Shown: positions 36,316 through 49,527, numbered from the whole stretch's first letter. The stretch: 63,627 bases of DNA, filler included, from Licmophora abbreviata (GCA_900291995.1; 10 parts of 10 records of this genome joined end to end with filler, not necessarily neighbours in it); one strand, 5' to 3'. The notes: generated from the letters alone by a model not told the origin. Translations and numbers: made by a program.

Positions 36316-36594
36316 CCGAATGTTACAGCAGCCTCCACAGACGAGGTGGGGCAGGGAACAGCTTTTGAAGTCTCAGTCCGACACGAGCGGCTCGGTCAGA
36401 TCTACTTCCGAGTCAGTCCGCGAACCAGTCTGGAGAAAATCACTGGGAACTTTGCTGCTAGGGTCGCAGGGATGGGAATCGAAGATTTTCTCTTGTTCAA
36501 GGGCAAACACTTGCGACCACGACAAGATGTTGTCGAGAGTTGTGGCGCCCACGATGGTGATCTTATTGGCGTAGTGGTCGTTTCGACAGGATAA
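36316..36594 (+). CDS. Small SUMO/ubiquitin-like domain ORF (start uncertain; possible pseudogene or terminal exon)
   Basis: IYFRVSPRTSLEKI...FLLFKGKHLRP...GAHDGDLIGVVVVSTG resembles the SUMO/Rad60-SLD fold. Confidence 0.5.
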   Translation, partial: PNVTAASTDEVGQGTAFEVSVRHERLGQIYFRVSPRTSLEKITGNFAARVAGMGIEDFLLFKGKHLRPRQDVVESCGAHDGDLIGVVVVSTG

Positions 36595-37190
36595 GATGCA
36601 AAGGAGAAGCCCAAGGACACCGGTAGATGTCAAAGTTCCACTAGGATGTAGCGGTCTCGTGTTACATAGTAGCTTTTGCAGCATCTCTTCTTGTTGCTTT
36701 CGAGACTGATGGTGTTACGGGCATGATTGTTTATTCGAGCCTGACCACCGCAAGCACAGAGTACGTTTGCTCTCTAGATTGCAGTTCGCATATTTCTACT
36801 TTGGTTACGATTGAGTTCATTCCGCTCCATTTGGCAGGCAAACGACCATTCCGGCACGAAGAAGCGTTTAAAAGTTCGTCTCTCCGTGTGTCGAAAAGCT
36901 TCTATCGGAGCTCGAGGTGCGCCATGCATGAAAGCTCGAGCCAGCAAGGCCGAGTCGCACCCACAGTTGAACGATTTAGCTATTCAAATGTGGAGTGACA
37001 CGCCGGCACCTCCACTGGAGTTTTGAAAGCAACCTCCCTCCGACAACGGCAACAAAAAAGAACATCACCGCAGGAAACACCATGGCGTGTGTGTCTTCCT
37101 CTCACGTTCTTGTCGCTGATGCGGTAGCTTCCCCTCATCTTCTTTCGCCTCGTCAATGGAAGACGGTTCAGACAAACCAGTCGACTCCTG

Positions 37191-38069
37191 GTGCGAAATC
37201 CATGCCGCTGCCGAACCACAAGCCTCTTCTTGGGAAGAGTCCCATGTCACTGTGTATCGCGACGATCATGGGAGCTGGTAAGTCTCTTCGGATTGCAGGA
37301 TATGAAATCGCGACGCTCAGGTCATCAGGTTTCGAACTTAGCCGGAACTCATACCGCCATACTCGCTCGTTCTCTCGCAGCGGCAGCAGTCCATGAGGAA
37401 GATGTCACGATGGTGCAGCAAAAATGGATGAAGAAATCAAAACGTACCTCTAGCAAAAAGGGGGGAGCAAAAGGATCCCCCGCCGAGTCTCCCCTTGCAT
37501 TTTCTGTGCGCCCATCTGATCCTTTGGCAGTTCAGCTCGCAGACGAAGTTTTCTTCAAACGGCTTGTCTTCACCATGGCTCTTGAACGTCCTCGCGTAGT
37601 CGTGGGTGGTTCCCAGGATTCACAGATCAGCCACAACAAAGTACCTCCTCAAACGATTGGGGAAGGATTCTACTGGAAAGATTATCCTCATCTTGAAAAG
37701 GTTTTATTGGTCCACATGGAAGAGTACTACGAATGGAGTACTAAGGAACGCCAGTCGAAACAACAACAACATTTCAACAACGCCTTGGTGGAAAAGGTTC
37801 GTCATGTGGCAACTTCTCATGGGAACGACTTTGATTCACTGATCTTTGATGACAAGCGACTTCGCGATCGCATTCGATGCTTTTACAAGACCAGCCTACA
37901 GAATGCCAAGAAGCGCTTGAGAACCATGAAGAAGAATCTGACGCGTCATGGAACGCTTCTTATGGCGCTCGTAAACAAGACCCACCGTCCTCCCAAGAAT
38001 GGCAGACCGCGGCTCGTGTCGATTTCGTCTCTGGACGATGAGAGACGGCCAGAGAGAAAAGGTTTTTGA
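37191..38069 (+). CDS. Hypothetical protein with a helical domain of a type common in diatoms (5' end uncertain)
   Basis: FYWKDYPHLEKVL...EEYY...QQQHFNNALV...LRDRIRCFYKT...NAKKR motif. Confidence 0.6.
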   Translation: MRNPCRCRTTSLFLGRVPCHCVSRRSWELVSLFGLQDMKSRRSGHQVSNLAGTHTAILARSLAAAAVHEEDVTMVQQKWMKKSKRTSSKKGGAKGSPAESPLAFSVRPSDPLAVQLADEVFFKRLVFTMALERPRVVVGGSQDSQISHNKVPPQTIGEGFYWKDYPHLEKVLLVHMEEYYEWSTKERQSKQQQHFNNALVEKVRHVATSHGNDFDSLIFDDKRLRDRIRCFYKTSLQNAKKRLRTMKKNLTRHGTLLMALVNKTHRPPKNGRPRLVSISSLDDERRPERKGF

Positions 38070-38284
38070 GAGGTGCATGTTCCGCGAGCATAAGAGCGTA
38101 ATGAGCAGGGACAAAGTTTAGGGTCCATGTGATACCTGGAAGGGGTGGTCTCACCGACAGCGTGTTAGAACGATGAGCTGCCGAGCTGTTGACTGGGTAA
38201 GTTTTTGTGGTCTGACCCTATCGGCTAGGGTCCTCTATTGAATAGTTTTGGGTGTCCCGGTAAAGCAAGAGGTTAAAGTGTTTA

Positions 38285-41200
38285 CTATGATCCGCCGTTG
38301 CCCTCCAAAAGACTTTCCGCCATGTTGATGTTGCCAATTGTAATTGCCACGGCATGCTCTTCGTCGGATAAGCCTGCCTGTCGATACGAATCCAGTGCCT
38401 GTGTCCAGTGATCTAGAGCTTCTTCGTATTGTCGGAGCTTGCCGTAGAGCGTACCGATATTGTGCAATGTTTGGGCGACTTCCACTGAAGATGCTCCAAT
38501 CTTCTCTTTTCGAATGGTCAAGGATGCTGTGTAGCACTCCATGGCCTTGTCAAGGTCGTCTAGCTCGCTAAAGATTACACCCATACCAAACAATGTCGTT
38601 CCGATGGCCAAATCGTGCTTCTCTAACTTCAGTGTGCGAATGCGCAAAGCTTCCTTGAGAGTGTGTAAGGCCTTCATGGGATTAGGTTGCTTCATATACA
38701 GGGTGGCAATGTTGTCTAGACTGCTCGCAACAGACAAGTGATCCTCGCCCGATAGCCGACGGCGCAGTCTAAACGCTTCCTTATGGTACTTCATGGACTC
38801 CTTGTATTCGCCTCTCGAGTCTGATTAAACAGAGACGATTTTTAACAAGCATAACTTTGGTTAGCCATCAGCGGTGTGCAGGTGAGTACATTTCTTCTCG
38901 TTCAGCTTACCGTAGGTGAGACCAATGTGAAACAGAGTATTGGACACGCTCAGGTTCTCGTCTCCGAGGAGCACTCTTTTTAGAGCAAGGGACGAGACAA
39001 ACCGTTTCAATGCTGCACCGTAATTCTGAAGCGCGTACTCGGCCGTCCCGATGGAATGAAGCAAGTCAGCGACCGTCTCGTCGTCGCCGACCGATTCCCG
39101 CCAGGCCTTGAGAAATCCACTCCAGCATCTCAGAGCTTCGTGGTGCTCTCCATTTGTCATATGAACTTCACCAATATATCGGTTGACCTCAAGACAGTCG
39201 AGGTGAGAGTCTTCCATATGACTCTGGCGAATCAGACGGGCCTGTTCGAAATACATTGTTGCCTCGTCAGGACTCTTAATTTCAACGCAAACTCTTCCAA
39301 GCGCTAGAGCAGTAGTCGCAACCTGGAGGTGGTCCTCTCCGAGAATCTTTGTCTCTATTTCCATACTTTCTCGAAGCAGCTCTTCGGCTTTCGCAAAGTC
39401 TTCTCGCTTGAAGGACGCAATGCCAAGGGCATGGCTGGCTTCTGCAACAGGAAGCGAGTCTGGCCCTGTTCGTAACCGTATGGCAAGACATCGTTCGAAG
39501 TGTTGTGTGGCCAAGTTCAGGTCACCGTGGTGTTGATGACAGGAACCAAGACGATAGTAAGCATCCGCTTCTGACGCAGCATGATCTTCCGTGTCGTTAG
39601 TGAAAATATCCAACGCCTCCTTGAAAGATTCGATTGCGGCATGGCTGTGCCCATCAGAGCTCTGTACGTCACCGAGATTCAAAAGGCTCTCTCCAATCAA
39701 AGGGTGTTTACTGTGCAAAAGGGAACGCCGTATTCTTAATGCCTCCGCGAAACATTTGCCAGCAACGCCGATTTGCTTCAGCTTCATTTGTAGCCTTCCG
39801 GCATCTGAGATTATCTTCGCAATATCCAAGTCGTTTCTTCCGTTCGCCTTTTTCCGAATCCGAGTAGCTATTTTCGTGTTTGAATTGAAATCTGTGAGAC
39901 GATCGTCGTACAGGTCCATAGTGCAATATGCCGAGTCCGTGGAGGCTCCACTCACCTGATTGAAATGAAGCGAGTGCGTCGTGATCTAGGCTCAGCCCTC
40001 GCTGAAGTATTCCGACCCTGTAGTGCAGAGTTGCCAAAGCTATCTCGTTCTCCGACAACTTGTTGTGAGCCTTCAGCGCTTTCTCCAGATAGGCCAGTGC
40101 CTTGGAGTATGCTTGTTTCTTTTCGTGAATTGTACCCAATGCTTCACATACGATAGAAATATTGGCATGCTGGTCTTTCCTGGACTTGTATATCGCGAGA
40201 GCTTGGTCGAGGGATCGGACGGCTTCGTCGCCTTCTCCGATTTGTATGTACAACGCGCCAAGCTGCTGGAGCGTATCTGCCACGGATGGGTGGTTCTTCC
40301 CTAGTCTTTGTCGCTTGATTCGAAGTGCGGCACTCAAACTTTTACGCGCGTCGTCAATCTCATGCGTTTGCTTATATATCTTGCCGATACTGGTTCATGA
40401 AACGAGGTGAGGCATGCGAGGTGGGGTGAGAACAAGAGCCCAGGTGCCTGAGAAAGCTACCCCTGCGGCAGGCAGAGCACTGATTCTCACCAATGTAATG
40501 AATATGCAACGTCCAAATTGTCCTCTCCTAGACATGCCTTTCGGATCGTGAGTGCCTCCTGGAAGTTCTTGACGGCTGAGGCACTCTCGTTCTGCTCACT
40601 CAAGACGTTTCCTATGTTGTGGAGAGTCTGCGCCGTTGATGCGTGTTTGTTCCCTAAGACACTACGTTTAATACGCAGAGATTCGTCGTAGTGGACGCGG
40701 GCATCACTCAGGCGCCCACACTTCGCGGCACAGTTACCCATGTTGTGCAATGTCTCGGCGCAGTCTATGTGATTCTCTCCGTGGACAGATTTTCGCAGAG
40801 ACAGCGCCTCCTGGAAGGCGGACATAGCATCCTCGTAGCTTCTGCGCTTTCCGTGAGCTATTCCCATCGCGTTTAATACTTTTGCTGCTTTCGCAGGGTC
40901 ATTTGTCGTCCTTCGAATCTCGAGGGACTTCTCGAAAAAGTCAATGGCTCGATCGTAGTTGTTTGCATCATCGTAAAGGTGTCCCAGTGATAACAGAATA
41001 TCGGCGATTTCATCTTGCAAGGGGGCATTGTGCTCGTCGCGCCCTAGCAACTGCTTAAGAATTGCCAGAACGTCCTCGTGTGCTTCTAGAAGTGCACGAG
41101 CAGATTTCATATTGGCATTCTTTGACTTCGATATCTTCTTCTGCAAGTCAAGTGCCATTCGGAAGATGGCTGCTGCCATCTCAACATCGCCGACGGAGCG

Positions 41201-43166
41201 ATGAATGCTTCCGACGCAAGCCAATACTTCGCAAACATCCTCATGTTCATCGCCGAGCAGCTCTCTCCGAATTTTTAGGCTCCTGTTGTACAGCTCGAGG
41301 CTCCTCTCCAAGTCATGCTCGTCTTCAAGAATCACGGCAATGTTCTTAACGACCTCGGCAACTTCCAGTGACTTCTTGCCGAAGAGCTGCTCCTTCGCTT
41401 TCAGCGCTGTCTCAAAGTACTTTAGCGCCTTCTCTGAATCACCTTCATCTCGATACACCTTGCCGATCCAGCAGAGTGTGTCAGTAGTGTGCTCATCGTA
41501 CCGCTCGCTCGCGACAATCCCCTTGCGTATCTTCAGAGAAGTCTTAAAGCGATTCATTGCTACGTCCAGTTCGGACCGTTCGCAGTGAATGACGCCCATA
41601 GCGTGAAGACACTTTGCGACCTTTTCGTGTTCGTTCCCAAGGTGTGTTTGGAACATGTCGTGGGCCTCTTCGTAGCAGCTCATGGCCGCGCTGAGATTGC
41701 CCTGACTGACGTTGCTGGCGCCCATACACAACAGTGTGTTCGCGACAGCCTCGCCGCCATAGTCGCCTGCGTTCCGGTGAAGTTTGAGTGACTTGACGTA
41801 GAGCTGCATTTCGAATTCGTAGTCTCCCCAGTCTCCAACAGCCATACCGAGGCAGTGCAAAGCTGAAGCAATCTCCAGCTGCTGACCGCTAGAGCCCCTG
41901 GAATGTCCAGTCGTCTGGCCTAGACGGTACAAAGTGGTAGCGACCTGCTGGGCGGCATCGAATGCAAGGCTGATCCCAATCGACGTGATGGGCTCCATAC
42001 AAGAGTCGTCGTAGTCAATGCCCTTTCTGAGTGTAAGTCGTTCCTTGCGAGCTTCTGACTGCACTCTTGCGATAAAACGTTGGCAGTCCAGGACGTGCCG
42101 TTGGGTTCCACTGACAACACCCACAATATCCAATCGGCTCTGAATGAGCTCTGGGTCCTTCAGCAGATCACGAACTTTGTCAGAGCCGTCAGGTCCGCCT
42201 AGCACAATCGTCGGCAACGCGTACCGTCCATACCAAAGCTGCATATCCTCCGACAAGTCTTTTGCCAGCGATTGAATCCACCCCGCGCTCTTTTCTTCCA
42301 TGACTGGCAGCGATATGCCTATGCGAAGTAAAGACGAGCTCTGGTGAATACGCACCCATGTCAAATGGGGCATGTCCCCATCATCCTCGCGTCGCCTGTA
42401 GACTTCCACCACCTTGATCTCCACCAAACTCTGGTAGAGGTTTGTGCAAGTTTCCACAATCGGCTCGCGTCGATGGGTGTTATCTTCTGTCAAGGCGGCC
42501 TTCCACAACAGCTCAACGACTTCGTACGGTAACCACGGCGGATTCACAGACACCTCCCCATCCAACGAAGCACCGGATGATCGCCTATCGTCATTCATGG
42601 GAAGTCCCATGCCATCTAGAGAAAGATCCGCACACAGGAGTGAAAGTTTACAAAGCGCCGCCCAGCACGGTTGAAATGCGGGGGACGCAGTCTGAAGTGT
42701 CAGACAGATATCCTTCCATCCTTTTTCAGTGTCCTCCTCATCTTCCCCTAAATCTTCCACAAGCAGTTTTCGCGAGGATCCACGCAAGACATGACGCGCC
42801 CTGGCGCGTTCCTTCATTTGTGCAATGCGTCGATTCACGGGTGGTGATGGTGTATCCTCATGATCACCACCATCGATCGCCGCGTCACCCTCCAGTGACA
42901 TCAAGTCGTCAGAGGACAGAATACGGGATGCCCTGTTGTGAATGGTGGGTGTCGATGGTTGCTTTTGGTCCACTGGACTCTCTCTCTGCTTTATCTTGTC
43001 GGGTGAGATAGGTGATGACGCTGGCGTGCTGACGGAGAACTCATTGCTTTTATTTTCGGAGAGTGCCATGGAGATTTTGTTCTCCAATTCATCCAACATA
43101 GTCGACGATGGAGAGGGGTTATCAATGGATATTTCAAAGGATGGTGATGCAGTGACTGGTTCTTCA
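38285..43166 (-). CDS. Large TPR-repeat protein (kinesin-light-chain/nephrocystin-3-like TPRs), at least 4 exons; 5' part crosses the gap
   Basis: Many 42-aa-type TPR units (e.g. EALSLRKSVHGENHIDCAETLHNMG); GT-AG introns at about 40390-40490, 39869-39955 and 38821-38910 give a continuous frame. Confidence 0.85.
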
Positions 43167-43266
43167 NNNNNNNNNNNNNNNNNNNNNNNNNNNNNNNNNN
43201 NNNNNNNNNNTTAATTAATTAANNNNNNNNNNNNNNNNNNNNNNNNNNNNNNNNNNNNNNNNNNNN

Positions 43267-43902
43267 CATTGACACTGTAGGGTTTTCTGGAGAAGAATGG
43301 AGTGGCATCTGCTGTACTACTGGAGCTCTCGTCGTCCCAGACTTGTTGTCGCCTGGATCCTCCGCCGCAGTGACACGGCTAGTCTCCTCCTGTAAGCCGT
43401 TCGTTGTTATGGAATGAGTCGACGATGGTTCTTGGGGCTTGAGTGGCATGGGAGTCGTCGCCAAGCCCAGCTCCTTGGCACGGTCCTGCAAGGCGGCACG
43501 CGCCTGCCACAACCATGACTTGGACTCGGCCCGCAACTCCAACACACCACTACTGTGCTCTCGAAAGCCACACGTCTCTAAAAACTTCAACCCCCCGGGC
43601 TGGTTCAAGACACGTCGTGCAAAGGCCGCGTTGGTAGTTTTCAGTCTGCGCGTCTTGGGTGTAAACTTGGGTTCGTTGAGAATGTTATCGAGGATCCGAT
43701 TCAGCGTGATGAGACATTCTTGAGTGGAAATAGCAGAGGCGAGCTGTTGTGGGAAGGCTTCGGATGATGATGACTGTGTACACAGTGTTGTTGTGGGAGT
43801 CACTGCGCCGTTACTCTCCGTCGACACCATCATCGTCATCGTCGAGAAAAAAGTGGCATTCATTAGTTTCGAATTCATGTCGGCGGCATTTCTCAGGGTC
43901 AT
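43267..43902 (-). CDS. PUB (p97/Cdc48-binding) domain; probably the N-terminus of the TPR gene
   Basis: CLITLNRILDNILNEP...RRLKTTNAAFARRVLNQPGGLKFLETCGF is a PUB signature; the frame stays open into the gap. Confidence 0.75.
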
Positions 43903-44163
43903 TCTGGAGTCTGGGCTGGTAGAGAATCAACGTATCTTTGCACATAAATGACCTGTGACATGGCTGGGACGGATGACGGACAGACGAGCGGGGCTTCCTC
44001 GGGAGACCCGGAGGCCAACTCATTCCGAACGACAGACTTCGTCGTTCGTCATCCTTCTTTGTTTTTTGAACAGCACACACATAGCACATGACGATGATGG
44101 TGATGAGTGCAAGAGAGAAAAGAGTCCAAAAGAAGAGCGCCTTTTTCTTGTGAATGTCAAAAG

Positions 44164-45910
44164 ATGAGCAGCAGCGCATGGTTGCTACGAACAGCCGCGA
44201 GCAGGAGGAGAGCCCCGACTACGATGTTTGGAGCAGGAAAACTCCCAATACTCCGAAATAGTGCCAGGCCGTTTTCCCGAGTCGCTTCTTCTTCTCAGTC
44301 TGTAGTATTAGGATCCAGGAATACAAACAGCTTCGGTGTATCCTTGCTTCCGATGGACTCGTACGCACCGCTTCGAACAGTGTCGACGTTTCCGTCCTTG
44401 GACTGGATCTGGAATCAAGTCAAGGTTCCAAAAGGTGAGTCAGTCAAGTTTGAAGTCCATTTCAAAGTGTTAGTGGCGGTCAAGTGCTTCGAAACGTGCA
44501 TTTTTCCTTGTGCGCTAACACATCAGTCACCACCCATCGCGTTGCTCGCTATCCCTCATCATTGTTACAACTCCAGGCTTTGAAAACTTCTTTCCAAAGG
44601 GGCACGTTCCCAAGAAGGAGAAGAAGAACCAGCCGAAAGAAGCAAAGAAGGAAGAGGCAAGCACGTCTCAGAATGCCGACGAATCGTCTTCCTCTACGCA
44701 ACGGCAGGGTGCTGCCTCTTCGAAATCTCGGAAAAGAGGCTTTGATCCCTTTCGAGAATCATCTTCTGGCAGCAACAACAGTGGTGACAATGGCGACAGC
44801 GTTCCTCCCGATCAGGTTGCCGGTTTGGCAGCCGCACTTCTCCTCGTCCTACTCTTGCGCAGTCTCCTCGCAGACGATGATGCCCCCAGTCGGGAAGTTA
44901 CGTGGGAAAAGGTCTTCCCACTGCTCGAACAAGAAAAGGTTGAAAAGATTGTTGTTGTCAACAAGACACTGGCACGACTGTACCTAAAAGAGGGAGTCGA
45001 GTACAACAACACTACTGGAGGAGGCACTATGATGATGAATGCAACCACAGCTGCGGCGAATCCTACTACTGCGATAGCGTCCCAACAACAGCAACAACAA
45101 GATTGGAATGACGGTACTGTCATGGACATGGGTGCCAGTCATGGGAGTATGTCATCCGAACAATCAACTGCACCGGGATTGTCTCGCAATGCACTGTCAC
45201 GATCTCGTCACGCCGGCACATCTTCGCTCGAGGACCAGAAGCGGTTGCACTTTTACATTGGATCGGTCCAGTCGTTTGAAGACAAGTTGGAAAAGGCTCA
45301 GCAAGCCATGGGGAGGGCGCCACGAGACTATGTTCCTGTGAAGTACGCCTCGGAAACAAATTGGGCTTTGGAGCTCATCAAATTGACTCCGTCTCTCATC
45401 GTCATGGGAATCATGGTGAGCATCTTTCGCAATATGGCTGGCATGTCGGGAGCAGGGGGACGAGGAGGACCCGGGGGGATCTTTCAAATTGGAAAGTCTA
45501 ATGCCAAGAAAATCAGCAAGGAAGACGTCAGTGTCACCTTCAAGGATGTGGCGGGATGTCAAGAGGCAAAGAAGGAGATTATGGAGTTTGTGGACTTTTT
45601 GCAGGATTCGACACGATTTACCAAGCTCGGGGCGAAGATCCCAAAGGGTGCGTTGCTGTGTGGGCCGCCAGGTACTGGCAAGACGCTCTTGGCCAAGGCT
45701 GTGGCAGGCGAAGCGAATGTGCCATTCTATTCCATTTCGGGATCGGACTTTATTGAAATGTTTGTTGGTGTGGGACCGTCGCGTGTGCGTGACTTGTTCA
45801 AGGAAGCGAGGAAGAACGCACCTTGTATTGTCTTTATCGATGAAATTGATGCTGTGGGGCGGCAGCGTGGCAAGGGTGGGTTTTCGGGTGGTAACGATGA
45901 ACGCGAAAAT

Positions 45911-45942
<32 letters not shown>

Positions 45943-47002
45943 ATTTTCTCCCACGACAGGCGTTGTTGTCCTGGCGGGGACGAACCGTGCAGATATTCTG
46001 GACCAGGCGTTGACGCGGCCGGGTCGATTCGATCGTCAGATTCAAGTTGACAAGCCAGACCTAGAGGGGCGCAAAGATATTTTCTTGGTCCATCTTCGCG
46101 GTATCAAGTTGGAAGACGACGCCGAAGATATAGCGGGACGGCTGGCAGGATTGACACCTGGCTTTGCCGGTGCTGACATTTCTAACATTTGTAACGAGGC
46201 AGCTATTGTAGCGGCTCGACGAAAGGGCGAGTCTGTGTCCATGGAAGACTTTGAGAAGGCAACGGATCGTATCATTGGAGGTCTTGAAAGCAACAAGATC
46301 ATGTCAAAGGAGGAACGAAGTGTCGTGGCACATCATGAAGCCGGTCACGCCGTGGCAGGTTGGTTCTTGGAGCATGCGGATCCCTTGTTGAAGGTTACCA
46401 TCATCCCTCGTAGTAGTGGAGCTCTGGGGTACGCGCAGTACTTGCCCAAGGAGGTTTTCTTGCGCACACAGGAACAAATCATGGATATCGTGTGCATGGC
46501 ACTGGCCGGGAGAGCAGCAGAAGAAGTTTTCTTTGGGAAAGTGACTACCGGTGCTTCTGACGACTTGAAGCGAGTTACAGAGCTGGTGTATAGCACCATT
46601 CAAATATATGGCATGAACTCGCGAGTCGGTCAGCTGGCTTTTCAGAAGAACCCGAATGCCATGCCAGGAGAAAGGCCGTACTCTGATGCTACGGCCGAAG
46701 CGATGGACGAAGAAGCCCGTGCAATTGTTGATGCGGCCTATGAGCGAACGGTGAATCTCCTCCGTGAGAGAAAGGATGAGTGTGAGAAGGTCGCAAACTT
46801 GCTTTTGGACAAGGAGACCATTACACATGATGACATGGTGGAGCTAGTTGGCCCTCGACCCTTTGAAGGTGATACCTTGTACAAGGAATTTGTCAGTCGT
46901 AAACCGAGATCGCCTAGAAAGGAAGATGTGACGCAAGACGATTCTGCCAAGGAAGAGGACGGCGTGGTTGGAGATGACGGACTTTCTCCCGGCCTCGCGT
47001 AA
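44164..47002 (+). CDS. AFG3: Mitochondrial m-AAA protease subunit, AFG3-like, second paralog; intron 44435-44576
   Basis: Mitochondrial presequence, [11 protein letters not shown] across the intron, Walker [24 protein letters not shown]. Confidence 0.93.
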
Positions 47003-48428
47003 GCTATGAGATGTACGAGATAAATAGACTGTGAGCGAGGCGATTCAAAACACTGCTTAGTAGAACGAACACAAACACAGAGTGAATAACCTCTCATAAG
47101 CGATTGAACAATCCTCATGCAACGAGTACCCGTTGTCTAATTTGCTATCAAAATCGTCCGATAGTACCTCCGGTACCGTTATGTAGGTTAGAATGCAGTT
47201 GATGAGNNNNNNNNNNNNNNNNNNNNNNNNNNNNNNNNNNNNNNNNNNNNTTAATTAATTAANNNNNNNNNNNNNNNNNNNNNNNNNNNNNNNNNNNNNN
47301 NNNNNNCTCATTACAAGGTCATTGATACAAGGGTCAGTCGCCATGGGGAATCACAAGATAAGCGACGCCAATGAAAGACCCATGTCATGCGCGAGAAATT
47401 GACCATGCCTCCCTCTTATCTTGTTGGTGCAACGCGTTCGACTGATGCTTGATACAAGGGCTTTGCACATGTTAGGGTTGTGAGGATGGTCTGGCTGGTG
47501 AGCATGGCGTTTTCCAGTGGTCAACGATCGACCAGGCCTCGGCAGCTACATAGATTTAAGGCTCTGCGACAATTGACAATACATCTTTCTAGAGGACGCG
47601 TGTAGTAGATTCATAACCCACGACAATCAATCATCCAGGAGGTGAGGCAGCCTATATGTGCTCTTTCATGCAGAGGTGGTTTGTAGCTGTTATGTGGGAA
47701 CAGAAGCATCGCGGTCGCGTGTTTGAGGCATCACACGCCATCGTTCCCCATTCTCGGTTGTACATATGCGTATACTAAGGGTCCAGGCTTGCTATAACAA
47801 TGTTCAATGAACTTGTGGACGGTCATTCTCCTCACAAAAGGTAAATGTCGAGATGCACCTGTCTCTGTGGAAGGCTACTGGCATGAATTCTCTTGACGGA
47901 ATCGTAGTCGAAGAGCAGGTGCGTGGCTGGTTTTGACGTCAAAGGTTTGACGCCAAGAGTGAAGGAGGAGCAGTCAAAGGGATCGCTGCTTTGCGTCAAC
48001 CAGTGGCCGCAAGTACTACTGTGCAGCAATAGCGCGACCTGTTCTTGTTCCTATTAGCACGAGCACGATGCGTCAGACTTTCATGAAGCTGCTTGTCATC
48101 TGAGATCTAATTGTACACTAAACACTAGTCCCCTGATTGTTTACGCTACCTCAAGCACGTATTTCTTGGGTCGAAGCAGAAATTGATGGCAGCCCCAATG
48201 ATCTCTTCCCATAATCTCTCATGGCGGGACCAAGATTCGATCCTCTCGTTCTTAAGCCAATCTGGCGTCAACCTGATGCTTGTACTCTTCAAGCAAGTCC
48301 TCCCATTCCTGCGGGGTTTCAGGGTCAAACCGCATGGATTTGATTTCTTGCTGCCCCTAACGTGCTTGGAGCATGTAGAAGTGTCGCTTCAAATCATGGT
48401 AGCTCTGAAGATATTATACAAATGGTGG

Positions 48429-49527
48429 TCAGTGGTCAGAACGACTTTGGTCTTTGCGGACCCGAAAAAGCTCTGGACAATCAAGACAAGACCAGATTGC
48501 ATGTATTGCAGGATAAGTTACAAGATTCATGCCTTCCTGGTTGCTGATAGATCCAGCAGCTGCTGACTTCCACAGTTCCCCATACTCAGGGTCTTCTTCC
48601 AAAGCCCATTTTCGATACACAAGGACATTCGAATAATTGAACTCTGGATCTGCANNNNNNNNNNNNNNNNNNNNNNNNNNNNNNNNNNNNNNNNNNNNTT
48701 AATTAATTAANNNNNNNNNNNNNNNNNNNNNNNNNNNNNNNNNNNNNNNNNNNNACATTCGAATAATTGAACTCTGGATCTGCATAAGCAACGTCAGTGG
48801 GTGCAGCGGCAGGGTCGGCAAGAGCAGCAGCATCGGCATCGTCAGCCGCAGCAAAGCCATGAACAGCGCTGGGAGGACCGTCGCCCAGAGCAGCATCACG
48901 ACCATTCTTGCTACGAGCCGCAACAGCCAACAAGCAAGGCAGTAGAATCAACACGTTTAGTAGGATCAGCAACGCCGTCGGTAGGAGTAGAGTCATGACG
49001 AGCGCCAGGAAGAGGAGTTTCAAAAGCGCCGGCGCGATAGGCATCGAGATTAGGCACAGGAGCTTTTCCTTCCAGGTCTTCGGCTCCTCGGTGCGATTGA
49101 TGCAATTCTCCTTGTCGTTGCAAGCCGAAGGTGGATGTTCGTCCCAGGAAATCTCCGAAACCGACGTGGAAACATTCAACAGGCCCTTCTCCATCTTTTT
49201 CCGATCAAAAATGACGACACGGCGAGAACGCTGAAGTTCCTTTTCGTACTTGAGAGCAGCTCGTGTTGCCGTTACGCATTCTTTGAAAGCCATTTTCTTT
49301 TCGTTTCGCTTCTGCTGCAGTTCCATCTCTAATTGGTCGTTTTTCTTTCGCTTCTGCTGCAGTTCTGCCTCCAACAGCTTGAGCTCATTCTTGTTCTTGG
49401 TCGCCACTTCCGACAAGCGTTGCTCCTCCTCTTCCTTTTCCTTGTAAACGTTTTCTTTTTCTTCCTTGTTAACGTTTTCTTTTTCGTCGGCCTCGTTACT
49501 GAGCTTCTCCAGTTCTTCGTCCGTCAT
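48429..49527 (-). pseudogene. Coiled-coil/low-complexity ORF, probably repeat- or TE-derived and degenerating
   Basis: ORF 48703-49527 continues in frame into 48429-48620 if the 30-nt overlapping contig ends are merged; downstream continuation contains stops. Confidence 0.35.
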
